The notes beneath the pieces were generated by a model. It was given only the letters and a program-made list of their open reading frames with translations. It did no database searches and was not told the origin of the DNA. Made by a program: the position numbers and the translations under genes. A DNA stretch of 12,549 nucleotides from an uncultured Cytophagia bacterium (GTDB lineage: Bacteria > Zhuqueibacterota > Zhuqueibacteria > Residuimicrobiales > Oceaniaggregativiventaceae): assembly GCA_964413725.1 (NCBI GenBank), contig CAYPUH010000004.1, forward strand, positions 27,347-39,895, given 5' to 3'. Positions 7,430 through 12,549 of this stretch are shown one piece after another (the first letter of the stretch is position 1; each line of letters starts with the position of its first letter).

Positions 7430-8751
7430 AACATAACTCCCAAATCGAAAATCCACTCCGACCGTCCCTCCATGGAACGACCATATTCTATACGAATGAC
7501 ATGTATATACGGAACGCGAAGATGTAATCCCACACCATACCCCGATTTCAGAGCCCCCGGATAGGCTCCCTCCATCCAAACTGCACCCGTGTCGATATAA
7601 AATCCCATACCCAGACCAAATGGCAAATTGGTCAAATAGCGTCCGAATCCCGCTGTTGTGGTGGCCAGACTCGCATACTGGATGGGAACAATCGGTATTC
7701 TGAGCTCGAGACTGGAGAGCCATCGATGGTTTCCGGCATCGCGGTAGTCAAAGTGCCCACGGATCCGTTCATTATAGCCCAGGTAATACCGGGCGTATGC
7801 AGGGCTATCCCCCAATACCCGGCTATAGGCACTTCGCATGGCCAGTGTTGACTGCCCGGGTAAGGGTAAATAGACACGAGCATCCTGTCCAATCCGAAGA
7901 GAATGAAACGCGTCCGGCCAGTACAGTGTCTTTGCGTTGAGCTTGAGATATACTCCTTTACGGGGATAGAAAATGAAATCCCGATTGTCATAGCGAATGG
8001 AAACGCCGGCAACAGATTGCCGATCATTCCCCGTACCTGTCCAGCTGATCGGGTTAAATCGTTCCGGGAAAGAGATCTGTTTAACACCCATCTCAAGCTG
8101 CCCAAACGTATGAAACCCCCATCGTTTTCCCACTGTCAATTCAATGCCAGTGTGCTGTTCATCAAACGTTTCCACGGTATTGACCCGGCTCTCGACACTG
8201 GTATAATAGGTCCGGCCACTGAAATAGAATTTTTGCTGACCCCCAAACCATGGATTATGATAATACAAATAAAGGCCTGGATTGTATCCCAACCAGCCGG
8301 AGAACTGAACCTTTTCAGCACGACCGCGGACGTTCAAATGAGCTAGACCCGCACCATAGGAAAGTTTTTTAACATCCCGCTCATTGTAAAACAATATTGG
8401 ATAGGGCATCCAGTACCAACGTTCCGACACGATGACCAGCAGGGCCACCCCCTCTCCTGTGGAAATCGGTTGGATATCGACCCGGTTGAATAGATCGAGA
8501 CTCTGTAATCGCTTTCGGTCACGCTCGACGTAGAGAGGGACATACCGGTCTCCCGTTTTCAGCTTCATCTCCCGAAGGATCACATCCCGATCCGTTTTCT
8601 CATTTCCCACGATGACAACCCGCTCAATCCTCACCGGACTTTTCTCGTCCTGGGGATCGGATCTCGCTTTCGAAACCGGTATCATAACGGCAGAGAGCAA
8701 CAAAAACACTGCAAAATAGCATAAAGTCACTTTATGAACCACAACTCTCAC
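7426..8751 (-). CDS. Omp85/BamA-superfamily outer-membrane beta-barrel with a single POTRA domain
   Basis: 441 aa with a GTG start at 8751. Signal peptide: RVVVHKVTLCYFAVFLLLSAVMIPVSKA. There is one POTRA-like unit (VRIERVVIVGNEKTDRDVILREMKLKTGDRYVPLYVERDRKRLQSLDLFNRVDIQPI). Barrel motifs are YDNRDFIFYPRKG, the loop-6-type LGYNERIRGHF and GFYIDTGAVW. The C-terminus is the beta-signal FDLGVMF. It is too short for a canonical 5-POTRA BamA. Confidence 0.85.
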   Translation of the reverse strand: MRVVVHKVTLCYFAVFLLLSAVMIPVSKARSDPQDEKSPVRIERVVIVGNEKTDRDVILREMKLKTGDRYVPLYVERDRKRLQSLDLFNRVDIQPISTGEGVALLVIVSERWYWMPYPILFYNERDVKKLSYGAGLAHLNVRGRAEKVQFSGWLGYNPGLYLYYHNPWFGGQQKFYFSGRTYYTSVESRVNTVETFDEQHTGIELTVGKRWGFHTFGQLEMGVKQISFPERFNPISWTGTGNDRQSVAGVSIRYDNRDFIFYPRKGVYLKLNAKTLYWPDAFHSLRIGQDARVYLPLPGQSTLAMRSAYSRVLGDSPAYARYYLGYNERIRGHFDYRDAGNHRWLSSLELRIPIVPIQYASLATTTAGFGRYLTNLPFGLGMGFYIDTGAVWMEGAYPGALKSGYGVGLHLRVPYIHVIRIEYGRSMEGRSEWIFDLGVMF

Positions 8752-8773
8752 GTCTATAGAACTCGTTTAAAGG

Positions 8774-9958
8774 TTAGAACATATCGAGCAATCGCATGGT
8801 AACACGCCAATCTCCATCACCACTGACCAGTTGGCGGCTGGTATCGATACGGACCAGGCCATCAAACAGCCTCAGGGAAACACCTGCGTCAGCATGACCA
8901 CGGAATTTGGACATCCCTTCGAGAAAATCCGTCGGTTTGTCTGGATTGTACCAGGCATCACCAAAATCAAAAAAGAGTCCAAGCGAGGTCGCATCCATCA
9001 GAGGAAACGGCAAAAGGCCCAGGTGGCGTATAATATGACCTCCGAACAGGTAGTTCAGTGAAACGAAAAACAGACTGCGTCCACGACGCAAGTATTCCGG
9101 AAATGCACGCAGGTTCGACAATCCGCCTAACGCCAGCAGATGTTGTGGCCCCATGCGGCCGGCGCGCAATCCAATCTTGCTCTGAATCACGATTTTATGG
9201 GAAATTACCGTTGGAATATGGATATCGCTGTGTACAAAAAGCCCGGTGGTTTCAAAATCACCATACAGTCTTTCCAGAGCGACACGAAACAGCCAGCCCC
9301 GGTTCGGAAAGAATGGATTGTCACGGCAGTCAAACTCAAGCCCCATGCGAAAACACATCTCGGTTCCCTCTTCTATAGGGGGATTGGGGCGAAACCGTTT
9401 GCCATGTCCAAGCAGTGTGGGCGCAAACTGGCTGCTCATAGCCATACTTTCATAGCGCCTCCGGCCTCCATGTATATAAAAGTTGAGTCGATTCGACCAC
9501 CGATGCTGTAACAGACATTTCCACCCCTGCCGACCATAGTGATTCAGAAAATCTTCTTTCAGGAAAATACACGCCAGTGAATTCTCAAATCCACCTACAC
9601 TCCATTTTTCGGAACTGTGTGTTTCTCTATAAACGGCCACCCGCACAACAAGGGGGCGCTTTTTAAAAAAATCCTTTTGGATTCCGGCCTCATATCCCCA
9701 TCGTTCGTTGTTGTGGCCGTATCCGAGCTCACCGATCAGCCCGAGGTTGGATTCTGACAGAACATTGATAAAAGTCCCGACACGGGGATAAGCACCTTCC
9801 ACACGATTATAGCGGAGCTGAAACCAGGTATCAATCCGCTGATAAGACGATATGGGATCATCATCGATTTCTTCCACTCGAAACTGAGCACCTGCCGGAA
9901 TGTTCGAAAGAATCACCAGACTTGTCAATGCAACCCATATGAGTTGAAAAGGTTTCAT
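8774..9958 (-). CDS. Omp85-superfamily outer-membrane beta-barrel lacking POTRA domains
   Basis: Preferred start is ATG 9958, with GGAG 6 nt upstream, 14 nt after the phosphatase stop. This yields the signal peptide MKPFQLIWVALTSLVILSNIPAGAQF. The track start at 9985 would overlap the upstream gene. Barrel motifs are paralogous to the neighbouring gene: FDCRDNPFFPNRGW, LGGLSNLRAFPEY and GLFFDFGDAWY. The C-terminus is RLLDMF. Only about 20 residues separate the signal peptide from the first strand-like segments. Confidence 0.75.
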   Translation of the reverse strand: MKPFQLIWVALTSLVILSNIPAGAQFRVEEIDDDPISSYQRIDTWFQLRYNRVEGAYPRVGTFINVLSESNLGLIGELGYGHNNERWGYEAGIQKDFFKKRPLVVRVAVYRETHSSEKWSVGGFENSLACIFLKEDFLNHYGRQGWKCLLQHRWSNRLNFYIHGGRRRYESMAMSSQFAPTLLGHGKRFRPNPPIEEGTEMCFRMGLEFDCRDNPFFPNRGWLFRVALERLYGDFETTGLFVHSDIHIPTVISHKIVIQSKIGLRAGRMGPQHLLALGGLSNLRAFPEYLRRGRSLFFVSLNYLFGGHIIRHLGLLPFPLMDATSLGLFFDFGDAWYNPDKPTDFLEGMSKFRGHADAGVSLRLFDGLVRIDTSRQLVSGDGDWRVTMRLLDMF

Positions 9959-9972
9959 AGTACGCTCCGGTC

Positions 9973-12201
9973 CTAACTCACACACAATACCACCAGCGTC
10001 AAATCATCGGAGGGATCATGGTAACCGCTGAATTGACTGACATCTTTGACAATATCGACACAAAACGTCTCAGCTGTCAACTCACGATCCTGCTCCAGTA
10101 CATGTAGCAATCTGTGCTCACCGTATTCTTCACCTTCCAAATTGATGGCCTCGGTTACACCGTCTGTGTACAAAATCAGGGTATCCCCACGGCTCAGCTG
10201 AAGCCGATGTTGCCGGTATTCGATATCCTCGTCTACGCCGATAACAGGAGCGCCATTTGTCAAGGGAACGCACCGGCCATCAGCATGCTTGAGCAAGGGA
10301 TAATTGTGCCCGGCGTTGCAAAAAATCAATTCCCGGTTCTGTGGGTTAAAGATGCCATACCAAAATGTGGCGTACTTTTCCGGTGCGGTGGTCCGCGAGA
10401 GGTGTCGATTCACCCGATTGATAACCACTTTCGGGTTCGTTTCATTCAAAGCAGCCGCACGAAAGGAGGCCTGCAGATTCGACATCAATAGAGAGGCCGG
10501 AACACCTTTTCCCGAAATATCACCAATGGCGAATCCGATCGATTCATTCGGCAGCAGTATAAAATCATAAAAGTCCCCACCAACCTGCCTCGAAGGGCGA
10601 TTTCGAGCAGCCAGTGAAAAGGTCGGCCCGGAGGGCACATGCTGGGGCAATAGCATGCGCTGAATGTCCCGGGCAACATCAAGTTCCTCGTTAAGTTTTT
10701 GCTGAGCCCGCACACTATGATACAAATATCCATTTTCTAGAGCGATGGAAGCATGTGTTGCTATCATATCAAGTAACGCCCGCGCTTCTGAGCTCAACGG
10801 CCGGCGGTCTCCGGGACGACCAATAGCCAAAAGCCCTCTAAAGGCGGAACGACCGCGCAGCGGAAGAAGAAGAAAAGCGTTCAGTTTTTCAAACAAATCG
10901 ATCTCACGTGGCTGATTCAGCTGAATACGTATATGTTCTGCCCGAACCGGCCGATCCAGGTTCTGAACCAGTGTCAGGATCTCGCTATACCGGCTCACCT
11001 CCCAACCCGGCCGATACGGATCCCGGCCTAAACGGTCGGACAATCCTCCTCGTTCATCCACGGTCAACAGCGTTGCGGTGGAAATATCAAGGTGCTCCTG
11101 CAACAACTCTCTCAGCGTCAGTAACAACTCGCGTGGATCGATAATCATCCACAATTGTTGACTCACCTCTCGTACAATATCAAAATATCCTTTCCGCAAC
11201 GGACGGATGAATGTATTGACCCAGTGTTCTATCCGGTTCAAAAACGGTTGAAACAAAAACACTGCCAACAATAAAAATCCCATCTGGAACAGAGGCAATT
11301 CAAATTTCAGGGCCCGAGGAGCAAATCGTTCCAGGTACATGTGTAGGATCAGATAGAGGCCTACGACACCAATGGAAGCAATAAAAAAGACCAACCCACG
11401 ACGAAAGACCACCCGCAAACTCAAAAATTGATGGCGGATGATGGCATAGCAAACGGAAATGGTTCCGGCTAAAATCGCCACGATGGTGACAGCATATCCC
11501 CATTTCAACCCCGCAAGAGAAGTGGAGAAGGACAACTGGGCATGGGCGATCGCATACACTACGATACTGATGGCCAGACTGATGCGAACAAGTTGCACAC
11601 GCCGTCGAATCAGACTCTCCTTACCCCCATTATAGGGACGAAACAAGACGACAATCGCTGACAGTGCATAGAGAAGATTGATCCCTTCAAAAAGTTGGCT
11701 GTGAATGGATACAAAACCTTCCAAACCGTACAAGATACCCCGGGCCAACACAAACAACGGATTCAGCAAGGGCCCCCAAAAAGAATCAAGACTCCATTGC
11801 TCCCCACTCAACTGGACAAAAAATGATTTGGGGAACAGCAAAACGGCAATCAGGCGAAAGATATAGGGGACGAAAAGCCATCGAAGTAGTGAGGGGTGAT
11901 GCTTAATAACCGCATGTTCACGGGGAAACAGAAAAGCAAATGCCAACAAAAAAGGAAAAAAGAGATGCCAAACCACCGTGAGCCGTCCCGCCATCGAATT
12001 GGCCCAGGATATGGGATCGGTCATCCCCAAATAAGGACGAAACGCCGCTGCCAGTGTGCCCAATGCAGCACACAAAAGCAACATTCCAGTGACCTGGTAC
12101 AGTCGGTTACGTGTGTTTTCCCGAAAAACGATCAGGCTGAGAAAAAAAAGTACGGCACCCGTAAGTACATAAACTGAAGAGGCCACCCGGAAAAATAGCA
12201 T
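9973..12201 (-). CDS. Membrane-anchored sensor protein phosphatase: ~10-TM N-terminal module, GAF-like domain, PP2C/SpoIIE (RsbU-type) domain
   Basis: PP2C/SpoIIE motifs VGGDFYDF, AIGDISGKG, LILYTDGVTEA and SDDLTLVVL lie at about 9976-10683. A GAF-like region lies at about 10726-11178. The hydrophobic N-terminal half (about 11236-12198) ends in a FQPFLNRIEHWVNTFIRP linker typical of multi-TM sensors. Preferred start is ATG 12201, 1 nt after the kinase stop (TGAaATG). The track start at 12270 would overlap the kinase gene by 68 nt. Confidence 0.9.
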   Translation of the reverse strand: MLFFRVASSVYVLTGAVLFFLSLIVFRENTRNRLYQVTGMLLLCAALGTLAAAFRPYLGMTDPISWANSMAGRLTVVWHLFFPFLLAFAFLFPREHAVIKHHPSLLRWLFVPYIFRLIAVLLFPKSFFVQLSGEQWSLDSFWGPLLNPLFVLARGILYGLEGFVSIHSQLFEGINLLYALSAIVVLFRPYNGGKESLIRRRVQLVRISLAISIVVYAIAHAQLSFSTSLAGLKWGYAVTIVAILAGTISVCYAIIRHQFLSLRVVFRRGLVFFIASIGVVGLYLILHMYLERFAPRALKFELPLFQMGFLLLAVFLFQPFLNRIEHWVNTFIRPLRKGYFDIVREVSQQLWMIIDPRELLLTLRELLQEHLDISTATLLTVDERGGLSDRLGRDPYRPGWEVSRYSEILTLVQNLDRPVRAEHIRIQLNQPREIDLFEKLNAFLLLPLRGRSAFRGLLAIGRPGDRRPLSSEARALLDMIATHASIALENGYLYHSVRAQQKLNEELDVARDIQRMLLPQHVPSGPTFSLAARNRPSRQVGGDFYDFILLPNESIGFAIGDISGKGVPASLLMSNLQASFRAAALNETNPKVVINRVNRHLSRTTAPEKYATFWYGIFNPQNRELIFCNAGHNYPLLKHADGRCVPLTNGAPVIGVDEDIEYRQHRLQLSRGDTLILYTDGVTEAINLEGEEYGEHRLLHVLEQDRELTAETFCVDIVKDVSQFSGYHDPSDDLTLVVLCVS

Positions 12202-12202
12202 T

Positions 12203-12549
12203 TCACTGGGATTTATGATGCTTGACAAGAACGACCTCGGTTCCGTTTGAATGGAAATGAAACTGGACATCGTCCATTAATGTCCGAACAATAAAAATAC
12301 CCCGTCCACTCTCCTTCATCAGGTTCTCGGGATCGAGAGGATTCTGAATGTCATTGAGCTCAAATCCCTCCCCCTCATCTATGACCCGTATGGTCAATGT
12401 TGTACCCGACACCTCAAAACAAACCGTTACACTCTTGTTCGGATCCTGTTTGTTGGCATGATAAATAGCGTTGGCGACGACTTCGGTCACGGCAATAGCC
12501 AGACTGTCCATCTCATCCTGAGTGAAGGATAGCTCTTTGGCATACTGTT
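12203..12549 (-). CDS. RsbW/SpoIIAB-type anti-sigma regulatory Ser/Thr kinase (HATPase domain), 5' end outside the window
   Basis: The frame stays open to the window edge (QYAKELSFTQDE precedes the ATG at 12511). It has the N-box AVTEVVANAIYHA, the G1 box VIDEGEGF and the G2 box ESGRGIFIV. The layout matches RsbW (compare YTYDEIEDLKIAVSEACTNAVQHA in B. subtilis RsbW, quoted from memory). Confidence 0.85.
   Translation of the reverse strand, partial: QYAKELSFTQDEMDSLAIAVTEVVANAIYHANKQDPNKSVTVCFEVSGTTLTIRVIDEGEGFELNDIQNPLDPENLMKESGRGIFIVRTLMDDVQFHFHSNGTEVVLVKHHKSQ

Noticed and set aside
9959-9985. An upstream ATG (9985) that would add MCELGPERT to the POTRA-less barrel.
   Set aside because: It would overlap the phosphatase gene by 13 nt and place nine residues, including acidic ones, before the signal peptide. 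ATG 9958 has a well-spaced GGAG and gives a canonical signal peptide.
1-12549. A search for CRISPR repeats, IS or transposon ends, integrase or toxin-antitoxin-size gene pairs, and long inverted repeats.
   Set aside because: Reading both strands turned up none. Non-coding space totals only a few hundred bases and is accounted for by SD sites, one promoter candidate and one terminator.

Overview
Chromosomal segment from a diderm (Gram-negative-type) bacterium with moderate GC and 14 protein-coding genes. Thirteen form one tightly packed array on the minus strand, and one 5'-truncated TPR-like gene on the plus strand converges on the left end. I found no rRNA, tRNA, CRISPR array, transposase, integrase or long repeat. 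Most of the window is housekeeping: mutS2, an IMPase-family gene, cvpA, yqeY, rpsU, a HIT gene and rsmE. Two parts look non-routine. (1) At the right end, an RsbW/SpoIIAB-type anti-sigma kinase (5' end outside the window) is followed by a polytopic-membrane GAF-PP2C (SpoIIE-type) phosphatase. Two paralogous Omp85-family outer-membrane barrels follow directly, one without POTRA and one with a single POTRA. No sigma factor is present and no terminator is visible anywhere in this stretch. (2) At the left end, mutS2 and the IMPase gene are chained by ATGA overlaps and an 11-nt gap to an orphan bitopic membrane protein and a YdjM/DUF457-type membrane hydrolase. Only one convincing intrinsic terminator (after yqeY) and one plausible sigma70-type promoter (before rpsU) are visible. 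Together they make rpsU-yqeY an insulated bicistronic unit inside the array. Several starts in the ORF track are TTG/GTG or over-extended, and corrected calls are given. All family assignments rest on motif recognition by eye, since no searches could be run.
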